NCBI GenBank assembly: GCA_963759765.1
Contig: CAVXAL010000003.1
Span: forward strand, 871,804 to 935,803
DNA length: 64,000 bases
Reading direction: 5' to 3'
Source: Candidatus Aminicenantes bacterium
Lineage (GTDB): Bacteria > Acidobacteriota > Aminicenantia > UBA2199
Both the position numbers and the translations under genes were made by a program. Shown piece by piece: positions 30,409 through 40,666 of this stretch (positions within the stretch are counted from its first letter, which is position 1; each line of letters begins with the position of its first letter). Below the pieces are notes generated by a model. The model was given only the letters and a program-made list of their open reading frames with translations. It ran no database searches and was not told the origin of the DNA.

Positions 30409-32379
30409 CTAATCGGCAATTCGATCGAGTGCGCTCCGGGCTGCGCTTAACAGCGGTTCGGCCGAAAGGGGCTGGCCGACCGCCCGCCTCATCCACAGGT
30501 GCGGTGTGAGCCGGCCCAGGCGGCACATGCGTTCCATTTCTTTTCCCAGTTTTTTGCCGCGCAGGAATTCGTCGAGCTGGAACTTTATCAAATGGCCGAG
30601 CGGATAGTCGGGGACATAGAGTGCGGCTTCGACCAGGTGTGAGTAGATGGCCAGGAGCACCTCGTCGCGGCAGGAAAACACGTCGCCATAGTAGCGGTTC
30701 CAGATCGCGGCGGCGATTCCCAGCACGGCCTGTTTCAGGTTAGCCGGCGTGGCCCGGGGATGCTCGTAGAGCCAGTGCCAGACCTCGATGTCGATCAGGG
30801 CGACGCCCGCGATTTCATAGGTCATCCAGAGGCTGTTCAGGATTCCCTGGCAGCGGGCCGAACGGTCGGGGCTGGGGAAATCGAGAAGTTCCGTGTCGTG
30901 CCCCTGGAACACGAAGGCAAAGGCCTCGCTGAACGCCGTGTTGGGCACCCCGTTCAGGATGTATTGGTCGCAGAACTGCAGGGAAAGGGTCTGCTCCACG
31001 CAGTGGCCCAGTTCGTGCATGGCCACATTGAATCCCTGGAAATTCAGCCGGCCGTCCGGCGCGGGCGCTCGCAGGTGGGATTTTTCACTGTGCATCTGAG
31101 CCCCCCAGGCGTGGCCGCCGCTGCGCGCCGGCTCGACCACGATACGCTCGGCCACATAGCGGGCCAGCTCGGTGCTGAAGCCGAGCGAGCGCAGCAGAGC
31201 GGGAATTTTTTGGACGAAGGACCCGGAGCTGGGAAAGAGGCGGCGCACCGCGGCCTCCAGCGTGCGGCTGCTGAGCCGGCCCTTGGGACTGAAGCCGCTG
31301 TACCAGATGTCGAAGGGACGCAGCGGGCGGTCGAGTCTGCGGACAATCAGCCGGGCCAGCCGCCGGACCTCGTCGCTGGTCAGCACGCGCTCGAGCAGGC
31401 CGCGCACTTCCGCTTCCGGTATTTCCCTTTCGGACTCGAACTTCCTGCGGATGTGGCTGGGCAGCAGCGGAAAAAAGGGATCGAGATCGCGGACCGCGCG
31501 AAACACCTGGAGCCAGTTCTGGTAGCGGGTGTTGGGCTCGCAGATGAAGGCTGTCCTCTTGTTGTTTTCAACCAGCCGGCGGGTCAGGGAATCCCAGAGG
31601 CTGTCGCCGGCCGACAACAGGGGCAAAGGGAATTCCTGGCGAACGATGCTCTGCATCAGGCGGTAGATGATCTCCTGCCGCTGGCGGCCTTGCCGATCGG
31701 CGTAAAGGGCTTTCAGTTCGTCGCGCAGGCCCCAGTGACTGATCAGCTTCAGACCGCGGCGAAAGGGAGCTTGGCCCTGGCGGTCGAGCAGCCGGTCCAT
31801 GGGGATCTTGTATTCGGAAATGTAGGCTTCGGCGCCGGCCAGCGCGGCGGCCACCGCCTGGTGGATGGCGGCGGGCGGGCGCGAGGTGAACAGGTCGCCC
31901 AGGCGGGCGGCGGCCCACTGCGGCCGGCTCCAGTCGGGCCCCCGTTCCAGTTTTTCGGCCAGGGGAGAAAAAGGGAAATTGAGCACGACCCAGAAGGCGA
32001 TTTTATTGGCGAACAGGTCCTCGACGAGGTGGGCGTAGGGATCGTACTGGCTGAAGCGCAGGTCCAGGGGCAGACGTTCGCCCAGCTCCACGTGCAGCGG
32101 CCGCTTCAGGTCCAGGCTGATTTTATTCAGGTGACCGTACAGCGTCTCCAGGTTGCCTTCGAGCCGTTTCCGCTGCGCATCGAGCTGCTGTCCTTCTGCG
32201 AGGAAATTTCCCAGACAGAAATCCCGGAAATCGCTGAAACTCCCGTCCTTTTCGCTCCAGAGCAGCGCCGTCTGGCGCAGGCCGCGAGATAACCGCGGCC
32301 GCACCTGTTTGCCGAAGCGGCGCACCAGGCTCCGCTCGATGGCTGCCAGGCTGCTTTGTTCAACGGCCACTGGCATCAC
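30409..32379 (-). CDS. HExxH zinc metallopeptidase, M3-like gluzincin
   Basis: The ORF is 656 aa. It has AMHELGHCVEQ with a downstream Glu in FSEAFAFV, 26 residues after the second His. This is M3/PepF-like spacing. The family call is tentative. Confidence 0.5.
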   Translation of the reverse strand: MMPVAVEQSSLAAIERSLVRRFGKQVRPRLSRGLRQTALLWSEKDGSFSDFRDFCLGNFLAEGQQLDAQRKRLEGNLETLYGHLNKISLDLKRPLHVELGERLPLDLRFSQYDPYAHLVEDLFANKIAFWVVLNFPFSPLAEKLERGPDWSRPQWAAARLGDLFTSRPPAAIHQAVAAALAGAEAYISEYKIPMDRLLDRQGQAPFRRGLKLISHWGLRDELKALYADRQGRQRQEIIYRLMQSIVRQEFPLPLLSAGDSLWDSLTRRLVENNKRTAFICEPNTRYQNWLQVFRAVRDLDPFFPLLPSHIRRKFESEREIPEAEVRGLLERVLTSDEVRRLARLIVRRLDRPLRPFDIWYSGFSPKGRLSSRTLEAAVRRLFPSSGSFVQKIPALLRSLGFSTELARYVAERIVVEPARSGGHAWGAQMHSEKSHLRAPAPDGRLNFQGFNVAMHELGHCVEQTLSLQFCDQYILNGVPNTAFSEAFAFVFQGHDTELLDFPSPDRSARCQGILNSLWMTYEIAGVALIDIEVWHWLYEHPRATPANLKQAVLGIAAAIWNRYYGDVFSCRDEVLLAIYSHLVEAALYVPDYPLGHLIKFQLDEFLRGKKLGKEMERMCRLGRLTPHLWMRRAVGQPLSAEPLLSAARSALDRIAD

Positions 32380-32403
32380 CTAAAAGGGTGCATGCTGCGG
32401 GTA

Positions 32404-34563
32404 TCAATGTATTTCCAGTTCCTTGATGATGGATGTGGTGCCGGCGAACTTGTCCAGCACAAACAGCACGAAACGGATATCCACGCTGATGCCACGCTGC
32501 AGCTCGGGGATGATGCAGTAGTCGCCGACCACACTCTCGTAGGTCATGTCGAAGACGATGCCGATCTGCTCGCCGCGGGCGTTGAGCACCGGTGAGCCGG
32601 AGTTGCCGCCGGTGATGTTGGTTGTGTTCAGGAAGCAGGCGGGGATATCGTTCAGCTTTCTGTCCAGGTAGGGGCCGAAATCCCTCTGGCGGTAAAGCTG
32701 CTTCAGCTTTTCCGGCACGATGAAGGGATCCTGGCCGGTTTCTTTTTCGATGACCCCGGTCAGGGTGGTCTGGGGCAGGTAGAGCACCGCGTCGCGCGGC
32801 CGGTAGCCCTGGATCAGGCCGTAGGTGAAGCGGATGGTGCCGTTGGCATCCGGAGCGAACTGGCCCTGGTGCTGCTCGCTGAGGGCCTGCTCATAGACCT
32901 TTTTCAATTCCGTCATTTCCTGGCCCAGTTCTTTGCCCCGGTCGCGCATGACTTTGAGCTTCTTTTCCAGGTCGGCCGCCAGCGCGATGATCGGGTCGTT
33001 CAGGGCCAGAAGTTGCTTGGGCTTCAGGTCCAGCAGGGCCAGACGTTTTTTGGGGTCGGACAGCACGGTGCGGGCATAGAGGGTTTCCACGTAATCGCTG
33101 ATTTCCTTGTCCGAACCGCTGCCGATGACTTTTTTTAAACAGTCGGGCAGCCTGCCTTTGGCGAGTTCAACGGTTTTGCGCAGGCCGTATTGGCAAAACG
33201 CCTTGTCGCTGGCCAGGTCGTAACTCCGTTCGGCCAGCTCGATTCTCTGGCGGATCTGGGGCAGGTAACGTTCTTGAAACCCCAGGTCGCGCTGGCTGTC
33301 CGGCTTCTGGCGCTCTGTCACGATGCGGTAGATCTGGTACCCCTGGGACGCGAGCGTCGAGGCGTACTGGCCCACCGGGCTGGCAATGACTTCCTGGATG
33401 TTCGTGAATGCGATGTAGCGTTTCATGAAGGCGGCCATCCGCTCGAGGATGTCACCGTATTTTTTCTGCCGCTGCGGATCGCAGTTCACCCAGTCGCGAA
33501 ATTGTTTTTCCCGGGCGGAGATCTTTTCCCGGATACCGTAGCGTTCGATGCCTTCGAGTTTTCCCTGCGAATTCTTCATGCCGTTGTACATCCCCTTGAC
33601 CCGAGAGGCGTATTTGATCTCGACGGCCCGGTCCCGTTTGCCCGCTTCCTCGAAAAAGCGGATCAGGTCCTGGGTCTGGGCGATGCGTTTGCTCAGGTTG
33701 TCGAAGCTGAAGGAAAGCTCGGCGAGGGTGTTGTTGCGAAAGGTGCGGCCCGGATAGCCCATGATGAAGGTAAAGTCCCCCTCGTCGAATCCGGCCAGGG
33801 AGATTTTCAAAAAGGAACGCGGCCGAAAAGGGACGTTGCCCGGGTTGTATTCACTGCCGGTGTTGTCCTTGGACACATAGGCGCGCAAAAAGGAGAAGTC
33901 GCAGGTGTGGCGCGGCCACATCCAGTTGTCGGTCTCGCCTCCGAAGTTACCCAGCGCCAGCGGCGGGGCGTAGACCAGGCGGATATCCTTCAGGCGCTTG
34001 AAGCGGAACAGGTAGTAGCGATTGCCGCTCCACATCGACTGCACCGTGCAGTTGAGGTCCTTGGCTTTATTTTCCTCGCGGGCGACTATTTTCTTGATCT
34101 GGCTTTCCAGGGTCTTGGCCTTCTTTTTGAAACTGGCGGCGGCTTGCAGTCTGGGCAGGATCTCGTTGCTGACGTCCTCGTACCCCAGCAGCACGTCGGC
34201 GATGTAGCCCAGGGCCGGAATTTCGTTCTGCCGGCTCGACGCCAGGAAACCGTCGCGGATGTAATCATGCGCCTTGTCAGCGGCCCGCTGCAGGGCGCCG
34301 AATGCGACATGATGGTTGGTCAGAATTAGTCCTTCGGCAGAGACGAATTCCCCGGTGCCGCCGCCCAGCAACACCACGGCGCTCATCAGGCCGGTGCCGT
34401 CCGTTTTGTACAGATCAGCGGGGTTCATCTTCAGGCCGAGCGTCTGCAGGTTCAGCTCCTTCATCTGGTGGGGGAGCCACATGCCCTCGTCTGCGACCAA
34501 GGTCAGGGGCGCGGCAGCCAGAATCAAGCAAAGGAAATAGAGCGTACGCTTCTTGAATCGCAT
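32404..34563 (-). CDS. S46-family dipeptidyl-peptidase (DPP7/DPP11-like), secreted
   Basis: The ORF is 719 aa. It has a signal peptide (MRFKKRTLYFLCLILAAAPLTLVA), the DEGMWLP motif, catalytic His (LILTNHHVA) and Ser (TGGNSGSPVLNARGEQIGIVFD). Confidence 0.85.
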   Translation of the reverse strand: MRFKKRTLYFLCLILAAAPLTLVADEGMWLPHQMKELNLQTLGLKMNPADLYKTDGTGLMSAVVLLGGGTGEFVSAEGLILTNHHVAFGALQRAADKAHDYIRDGFLASSRQNEIPALGYIADVLLGYEDVSNEILPRLQAAASFKKKAKTLESQIKKIVAREENKAKDLNCTVQSMWSGNRYYLFRFKRLKDIRLVYAPPLALGNFGGETDNWMWPRHTCDFSFLRAYVSKDNTGSEYNPGNVPFRPRSFLKISLAGFDEGDFTFIMGYPGRTFRNNTLAELSFSFDNLSKRIAQTQDLIRFFEEAGKRDRAVEIKYASRVKGMYNGMKNSQGKLEGIERYGIREKISAREKQFRDWVNCDPQRQKKYGDILERMAAFMKRYIAFTNIQEVIASPVGQYASTLASQGYQIYRIVTERQKPDSQRDLGFQERYLPQIRQRIELAERSYDLASDKAFCQYGLRKTVELAKGRLPDCLKKVIGSGSDKEISDYVETLYARTVLSDPKKRLALLDLKPKQLLALNDPIIALAADLEKKLKVMRDRGKELGQEMTELKKVYEQALSEQHQGQFAPDANGTIRFTYGLIQGYRPRDAVLYLPQTTLTGVIEKETGQDPFIVPEKLKQLYRQRDFGPYLDRKLNDIPACFLNTTNITGGNSGSPVLNARGEQIGIVFDMTYESVVGDYCIIPELQRGISVDIRFVLFVLDKFAGTTSIIKELEIH

Positions 34564-34616
34564 GTTTTACTCCTTGGTGTTTTATTGTATCATACCTGGC
34601 GGCGTCATGGCGGCGC

Positions 34617-35710
34617 ATGGTTTTTCGTACCACCATGGGTTTTCACGCGATGAGAAGAGACCGTTGCTTTCCGGTTAGTGCCCTGCTCGATTGGTATGGT
34701 CGCTGGCAGCGCGACCTGCCCTGGCGCCGCGCAAATGATATCTACCGAATCTGGGTTTCCGAGGTGATGCTGCAGCAAACCCAGTCTGCCACCGTGATTC
34801 CCTATTACCGTCTTTTCTTAAAGCATTTTCCCAGCCTCGGACGACTGGCGCGGGCAGCGCTGCAGGAGGTGCTCAAAGTCTGGGAAGGTCTGGGTTATTA
34901 CAGCCGGGCCAGGAACCTGCGGCAAGCCGCGCGACTCGTCCAAGAGAGACACCATGGCCGGGTGCCTCGCGATGCGCACAAGTTCCGCAGCCTTCCCGGA
35001 GTCGGAGACTACATTGCGGCAGCCGTGCTGAGCATCGCTGACCACCAGCGTCTTCCGGTTGTGGACGGCAACGTGTTGCGGGTTTTCTGTCGCTGGTCGG
35101 GTCTGGCGGACGACATCGGCCGGACAGCCACCAAGAAAAAAATTTTTAACCGCCTGCTGTCCCTGATGCCTGCGAAAAGTCCGGGCGATTTCAACCAAGC
35201 GCTGATGGAGCTGGGCGCCCTGGTCTGCCTGCCGCGCAATCCCCTGTGCCCGATGTGTCCGCTGCGGCAAGCCTGCACGGCCCGGGTCCTGAGAAAAACG
35301 GACTCGCTTCCGGTCAAAAAGAAACGGCCGCCAGTTCCGCTCCACCGAGTGGCTCTGGGTGTCATTGACAGGCAGGAGAAAATCTACGTTCAGCGGCGGC
35401 CCGACATAGGGCATCTGGGAGGTCTCTGGGAGTTTCCCGGCGGCAAGGCTCGACCTGGTGAGACGATGACGCGGGCGCTGAAACGCGAAATCCGCGAAGA
35501 GCTGGGAATCGTCGTCGGCAGGGAAAAGGAAATCGCCGTGGTCAAACACGGGTACAGCCATTTTAAGGTTGAGCTGCATGTGTTCTCCTGCCGCTGGCTG
35601 TCCGGCCGCTTGCAGCCGAGCCGGCCGTACCGCTGGGTGAGTTTAAGCGAACTGGACGGCTGCCGCTGCCCGCAGCCAACCGCAAATTTTTCACGCAGCT
35701 CCGTGTGTAA
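34617..35710 (+). CDS. mutY: A/G-specific adenine DNA glycosylase (probable frame break near ~35660)
   Basis: Motifs include DLPWRR...YRIWVSEVMLQQTQ, GLGYYSRARNL, the HhH segment LPGVGDYIAAAVLSIA and the 4Fe-4S cluster CLPRNPLCPMCPLRQAC, plus a NUDIX-like C-terminus (GLWEFPGGK). The uninterrupted frame would run 100 nt into phoU. A shifted frame gives PLPAANRKIFTQLRV with a stop at 35708-35710. Confidence 0.85.
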
Positions 35711-35748
35711 GGAAGGTGCGCGCGAAGTTGTTTTGCTGAAAATTCGAA

Positions 35749-36408
35749 TTATTTTTCGTGGCCGTGGCGCACAATCTTACCTTCGATCATGTAAATCACA
35801 TCTTCGGCGATGTTGGTGGCGTGGTCGGCGATGCGCTCCAGGTGGCGGTTGATGCGCATGTATTCGATGAGGGAGTCCACTTTCTCAGGGCGTTTGCGAA
35901 TCGCATCCTTCACCTGCTGGAACAGGACGCTCACCGCCTCGTCGATCTCGTCATCGGCGGTCAGGACGTCGCGGGCTATTTGGGCGTCCAGGTTGACCAG
36001 GGCGTCCAGGCTCTTCTTCAGCATCAATAGGACCTTGCGCGACAGAGCTGTCACATCGAACTGGATGTCGCTTTTGGGGTAAGCGCTGACGTTGAGTGAC
36101 CGTCCGGCGATGTTGACCGCCTCGTCGCCGATCCGTTCCAGGTCGCTGTTGATTTTGAGCACAGCCACGATGAAGCGCAGGTCGATGGCCACCGGTTGGT
36201 GCAGGGCGAGGATCTTCAAACACTCCTCCTCGACCTCGATCTCCGCTTCATCGATGCGGTAATCCGAATCCTTGACCTGCCGGGCCAGCTGCGAATCGCG
36301 CTTCTCGATCGATTTGACGGCGTTCTCCACGCTCTTTTCAACCGTCCCGGCCAGCAAGATGATCTGTTTTTTAATTTTCTCGATTTCTTTTTGCAAATGT
36401 AGAGACAT
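35749..36408 (-). CDS. phoU: phosphate signalling complex protein PhoU
   Basis: The ORF is 219 aa and has two PhoU repeats with the conserved E(x)3D-type motifs (DLERIGDEAVNIA; HLERIADHATNIAEDV). Confidence 0.92.
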   Translation of the reverse strand: MSLHLQKEIEKIKKQIILLAGTVEKSVENAVKSIEKRDSQLARQVKDSDYRIDEAEIEVEEECLKILALHQPVAIDLRFIVAVLKINSDLERIGDEAVNIAGRSLNVSAYPKSDIQFDVTALSRKVLLMLKKSLDALVNLDAQIARDVLTADDEIDEAVSVLFQQVKDAIRKRPEKVDSLIEYMRINRHLERIADHATNIAEDVIYMIEGKIVRHGHEK

Positions 36409-36418
36409 GGTTTCCTCC

Positions 36419-37177
36419 TCAGCCGAAACGGCCGCTGATATAATTTTCCGTCAACTGCTGCGTGGGCGCGGTGAAGATGCCGGCGGTGGCCCCGAATTCG
36501 ATCAGTTTGCCCAGATACAGGAAGCCGGTGAAGTCGGAGGCGCGCGCCGCCTGTTGCATGTTGTGGGTGACGATGACGATGGTGTAATTTTTTTTCAACT
36601 CCTGCATCAGTTCCTCGATATGCAGGGTGGCAATGGGATCGAGCGCCGAGCAGGGCTCATCCATCAGCAAAATCTTCGGCCTGAGCGGCAGCACGCGGGC
36701 AATGCACAGCCGCTGTTGCTGCTCCAGCGAGAGTCTGAGCGCGGAATCGCCGAGCCGGTCCTTGAGGTCGTCCCAGAGCAGGACGCTGCGCAGCGCCCAT
36801 TCAACAACGGCGTCGTATTCGCTGCGGCGCGTCAGTCGGTGAATTCCTAGGCCGAACATGATATTTCCAAAAACCGACAGGGGAAAGGGATTGGGCCGCT
36901 GAAAGACCATGCCCACCTTTTCGCGCAATTCCAGCAGGTCGGTTTGGGCGGACAGGATGTCCCGACCCTCGATGCGCACCTCGCCGCTGATGCGCACGCC
37001 GGCGATCAGGTCGTTCATGCGGTTGAAAACCCGCAGCAGCGTGCTCTTGCCGCAGCCGCTGGGGCCGATCAGGGCGGTCACCTGCTGGCTGAGGATCTGT
37101 AGGTTGATGTCGCTCAGGGCCTGAAAGTCCTCGTAAAAAAGGTTCAAGCCGCGGGTTTCGATACTGGTCTCGGTCAT
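36419..37177 (-). CDS. pstB: phosphate ABC transporter ATP-binding protein
   Basis: It has Walker [10 protein letters not shown], the signature [13 protein letters not shown], Walker [13 protein letters not shown] and a PstB-type C-terminus YISGRFG. I prefer the internal ATG 37177 ([15 protein letters not shown]), 1 nt after the upstream stop, over the ORF-track start at 37222. Confidence 0.9.
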   Translation of the reverse strand: MTETSIETRGLNLFYEDFQALSDINLQILSQQVTALIGPSGCGKSTLLRVFNRMNDLIAGVRISGEVRIEGRDILSAQTDLLELREKVGMVFQRPNPFPLSVFGNIMFGLGIHRLTRRSEYDAVVEWALRSVLLWDDLKDRLGDSALRLSLEQQQRLCIARVLPLRPKILLMDEPCSALDPIATLHIEELMQELKKNYTIVIVTHNMQQAARASDFTGFLYLGKLIEFGATAGIFTAPTQQLTENYISGRFG

Positions 37178-37178
37178 C

Positions 37179-37940
37179 TTAACCAAACTTGCCGGTGATA
37201 TAGTCGCTGGTGCGGCTGTCACGCGGGGCAGTGAAAATTTGCCCGGTGTCGCCCACCTCGACCATTTCCGCCATCAGGAAAAAGGCGGTGCGGTCGCCCG
37301 TGCGGGCCGCTTGGGCGACGTTGTTGGTCACCAGCACGATCGTGTAGCGCTCTTTGAGCTCCAGCATGGTCTCCTCAATCTTGGCCGTGGAAAGCGGGTC
37401 CAAACCCGAAGTGGGTTCGTCAAACAGCAGCACGTCCGGTTTCCCGGCCAGAATGCGCGCCATGCACAGGCGCTGCTGCTGACCGCCGGACAGGTTCAGG
37501 GCCGGGGTGCGCAGCCGGTCCTTGACTTCGTCCCAGAGAAAGGCCTCGCGCAGGCTGCGCTCGACTGCTTCGCTGAGGCGCTCTTTGTCTCGCACGCCCT
37601 GCATACGCAGGCCGTAGGCCACGTTGTCGAAAATAGAGATGGGCAGCGGCAGCGGTAGGGCAAAGACGATGCCCACCTTGCGCCGCAGAGCCTCGACTTC
37701 GAAACCGCCCCGGATATTGATTCCGTCGAGCAGGATCTCACCGTTCTGGCGGGCAGCGGGCTCCAGGTCGTTCAGGCGGTTGAGTGAGTGCAGGAATGAG
37801 GTTTTTCCCGAATTGGCTGGACCGATAACTGTAAATATTTCATGTTCGTGTATTTCAAGGTTCAAATGTCGCAGGGCGGTTTTTTGGCCGTAGTGAATGC
37901 TCAGGTCGCGAATGGAAAATTTAATTGCCGGTTTCACCAT
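37179..37940 (-). CDS. second PstB-like ABC ATPase (divergent paralogue)
   Basis: The ORF is 253 aa. It has Walker [10 protein letters not shown], the signature [13 protein letters not shown], Walker [13 protein letters not shown] and the C-terminus YITGKFG. By eye it is clearly distinct in sequence from the downstream pstB. Confidence 0.85.
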   Translation of the reverse strand: MVKPAIKFSIRDLSIHYGQKTALRHLNLEIHEHEIFTVIGPANSGKTSFLHSLNRLNDLEPAARQNGEILLDGINIRGGFEVEALRRKVGIVFALPLPLPISIFDNVAYGLRMQGVRDKERLSEAVERSLREAFLWDEVKDRLRTPALNLSGGQQQRLCMARILAGKPDVLLFDEPTSGLDPLSTAKIEETMLELKERYTIVLVTNNVAQAARTGDRTAFFLMAEMVEVGDTGQIFTAPRDSRTSDYITGKFG

Positions 37941-38779
37941 TTTTTCTTCCTGCGAAACCGCGAGCGCACCAGAATGGCGGTCAGATTGAGTAACAGCACC
38001 AGCGCCAGCAGCACCAGGGCGGTGCCGTAACGGATGTTCTCGGCAATGCCCGGCACCTGCGTCGAGATGACGTAGAGGTGGTAGGGCAGGGCCATGGTCT
38101 GATCGAAGATCGATTGCGGCAGACGCGGCAGGTAGAAGGCGGCCACGGTGAAAAGAATGGGTGCGGTTTCACCGGCGGCACGGCCCAGGCCCAGAATCGT
38201 TCCGGTCAGAATGCCCGGCAGGGCGTGGGGCAGCACCGAGTGGCGGATGGTCTGCCAACGACTGGCACCCAGGGAAAGGCTGACGGTGCGGAAGGCTTTG
38301 GGCACGCTTTCCAGCGCTTCGCGCGAGGAGGTGATGACCACGGGCAGGATCATGATACCCAGGGTCAGGGAGCCGGAGAGGATGGAGGCCCGGAAACCGA
38401 AAAAGGTGACGAAGATGCCCAAGCCGAAAAGTCCGTAAACCACCGAGGGCACACCGGCCAAATTGACGATGGCCAGCTTGACCAGCCGCGACAGCAGGTT
38501 GTTGCTGGAGTACTCGACCAGGTAGATGGCCGCCATCACTCCCAGGGGGACGGCGAAGAGAATCGCCCCTGTGACCAGGTAGAGGGTGCCGAGAATGGCC
38601 GGCAGGATGCCGCCCGCGGTCATGCCGTTGCGGGGCATGGTGGTGAGGAAAGAGAGGCTGATGGCGCTGCCGCCCTTGAACAGGATGATCAGCAGAATGA
38701 GCACCACCGGCAGCACCACCAGCAGGGTGGCCAGGAACAGCACGGCGAAAGCGATCTTCTGGGTGGTGCGCGAGTTCAT
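37934..38779 (-). CDS. pstA: phosphate ABC transporter permease PstA
   Basis: The 281-aa ORF is a multi-TM protein with the EAA-like loop (SREALESVPKAFRTVSLSLGASRWQTI). Its position follows pstC. Confidence 0.88.
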   Translation of the reverse strand: MNSRTTQKIAFAVLFLATLLVVLPVVLILLIILFKGGSAISLSFLTTMPRNGMTAGGILPAILGTLYLVTGAILFAVPLGVMAAIYLVEYSSNNLLSRLVKLAIVNLAGVPSVVYGLFGLGIFVTFFGFRASILSGSLTLGIMILPVVITSSREALESVPKAFRTVSLSLGASRWQTIRHSVLPHALPGILTGTILGLGRAAGETAPILFTVAAFYLPRLPQSIFDQTMALPYHLYVISTQVPGIAENIRYGTALVLLALVLLLNLTAILVRSRFRRKKKW

Positions 38780-38781
38780 GG

Positions 38782-39660
38782 TCAGCGACGGGAACGGTGC
38801 AGGTAGAGGTCGGCGACGCCGTTGATCAAAAAGGTGATGATGAACAGGACGATGCCGATGGCAAAGAGGGCGGAGTAATGCGCCCCGCCCTGGACCGTTT
38901 CACCCATCTCGGCCGCAATGGTGGCGGTCAGCGTGCGTACCGGTTGCAAGATGCTACGGGGGATGAGGGCGGCGTTGCCGGTCACCATCATTACGGCCAT
39001 GGTTTCGCCGACCACCCGGCCGATGCCCAGCATCACCGCCGCCAGCATGCCCGGCCGGGCGGCGCGGGCCACGATGCGCCAGGTGGTCTGCCACTGGGTG
39101 GCGCCCATGGCAATGGCCGCCTCGCGGTACTGGCGGGGCACGGCGGTGATGGCATCCTCGGCGATGGAAACGATGGTGGGCATGGCCATGAAGGCCAGCG
39201 TGATCGAACCGGTCAGGGCCGTCAGGCCGGTGGGCACCCGGAAAACGGTTTTGATCCAGGGCCCGAGGGTGATCATGCCGATGAAGCCGATCACCACCGA
39301 AGGAATGGCGGCCAGCAGTTCTATGCCTGCTTTCATGATCTCCTTGAGACGGAGCGGAGCGATTTCGGCGATGAACAGGGCGGCAGCGATGCCAATGGGC
39401 ACGGAGATGGCGGCCGCTCCCAGAGTGACCAGCAACGAACCGAGAATCAGGGGCAGGATGCCGAACGCCGGCGGGCTGGAAATGGGATACCAGTTTTTTC
39501 CCAGCAGGAAGTCAAAGATGCCGACCGAACGGAAAAGGGACAACCCTTCGCGCAACAGGAAGAGGAAAATGAGAACAACGAAAAGAATCGCGAAGACCCC
39601 GCTGAAAAGGATGGCTTTTTCGATCAGCCACTCCTTCAGCCTGCGCAGAGTCCGGTGCAT
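38782..39660 (-). CDS. pstC: phosphate ABC transporter permease PstC
   Basis: The 292-aa ORF is a multi-TM protein with the loop AEDAITAVPRQYREAAIAMGATQWQTTW. Its position follows pstS. Confidence 0.88.
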   Translation of the reverse strand: MHRTLRRLKEWLIEKAILFSGVFAILFVVLIFLFLLREGLSLFRSVGIFDFLLGKNWYPISSPPAFGILPLILGSLLVTLGAAAISVPIGIAAALFIAEIAPLRLKEIMKAGIELLAAIPSVVIGFIGMITLGPWIKTVFRVPTGLTALTGSITLAFMAMPTIVSIAEDAITAVPRQYREAAIAMGATQWQTTWRIVARAARPGMLAAVMLGIGRVVGETMAVMMVTGNAALIPRSILQPVRTLTATIAAEMGETVQGGAHYSALFAIGIVLFIITFLINGVADLYLHRSRR

Positions 39661-39672
39661 GCCTGTTTCAGG

Positions 39673-40548
39673 CTACTTCTTGATGGGTACGAAATCGAGC
39701 TTGGATACGATTTGCTGCCCTTCGGCCGAGAGGACGAAATCGATAAACTGGGCGGTCAGCCCCTGGGGCTTCCCCTTGCTGACCATCAGCAGGGGGCGGG
39801 AAATGGGATAGGAATTGTTCACCACATTTTCCTGGGTCGGCTGGATGTAGGGCGCTGTCGCGGTGCGGGCCACGGCCAGCACCTTCTGCTTGGCCGTGAT
39901 GTAGCCCATCCCGTAGTAGCCAATCGCCGAGGAATTCTGCGCGACCTCGTCGGCGATGGACTGGGAACTGGGCAGCAACAGGGCACTGGCGGCGAACTCC
40001 GTTTTGCTCTGGGGATTTCCCCGGCGCAGCACGTGTTCCTTGAAATAGACATGGGTGCCGGAATTGACCTCGCGCGAGAGCACCACGATCGGCAGATCGG
40101 CTCCGCCCACGTCCTTCCAGTTGCCGATGGCACCGGAGAAGATCGCGGCCAGCTGATCCAGGGTCAGCTGCGACACGGGGTTTGCCGGATGGACCACGAC
40201 CGCCAGGCCGTCCAGAGCCACGGTGATCTGCTGGGGATCAATGCCTTTCTGGCGAGCCAGTTGTATCTCGTCCGGTTTGAGTTCCCGCGAGATCTCGGCG
40301 ATGTCGCAGGTGTTTGCGATCAGCGCGGCAATGCCCGTGCCGGAGCCGCCGCCGGTCACGGCCACCGACAGGCCAGGGTTCCGCTTCATGAAAGCCTCGG
40401 CCCAGGCCTGGCCCAGGTTGACCATGGTGTCGGAACCCTTGATCTGCAGGGAATTGGAGCTGCTTTGTTGCCGTCCGCAACTTGCAGACGCTAGTAACAT
40501 AGTCAGCAGTGTCACTGTCAATGCCGTATAAAAAAAACTTTTTTTCAT
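39673..40548 (-). CDS. pstS: phosphate-binding protein PstS
   Basis: The ORF is 291 aa with a lipoprotein-type signal (LLASASCG). Motifs are IKGSDTMVNL, TGGGSGTGIAAL and SREVNSGTH. Confidence 0.9.
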   Translation of the reverse strand: MKKSFFYTALTVTLLTMLLASASCGRQQSSSNSLQIKGSDTMVNLGQAWAEAFMKRNPGLSVAVTGGGSGTGIAALIANTCDIAEISRELKPDEIQLARQKGIDPQQITVALDGLAVVVHPANPVSQLTLDQLAAIFSGAIGNWKDVGGADLPIVVLSREVNSGTHVYFKEHVLRRGNPQSKTEFAASALLLPSSQSIADEVAQNSSAIGYYGMGYITAKQKVLAVARTATAPYIQPTQENVVNNSYPISRPLLMVSKGKPQGLTAQFIDFVLSAEGQQIVSKLDFVPIKK

Positions 40549-40572
40549 GTCTCCTCCGGTTAGTTTCTTTTT

Positions 40573-40622
40573 TATATAAATAGTGTCAGATAAATGTGAA
40601 TTCTGGGTAAAGGAATTGTGAA
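40573..40622 (-). promoter_or_regulatory. candidate Pho-box array plus -10 element upstream of pstS
   Basis: On the minus strand there are four hexamers phased exactly 11 bp apart: TTCACA (40622-40617), TTTACC (40611-40606), TTCACA (40600-40595) and CTGACA (40589-40584). TATATA follows at 40578-40573. This resembles the TT(A/T/C)ACA direct repeats bound by PhoP/PhoB-type regulators. Confidence 0.5.
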
Positions 40623-40666
40623 TTTTTGGTTAATTTTTTTGTTGCACTCAAGGGGTGCTTCCACAA

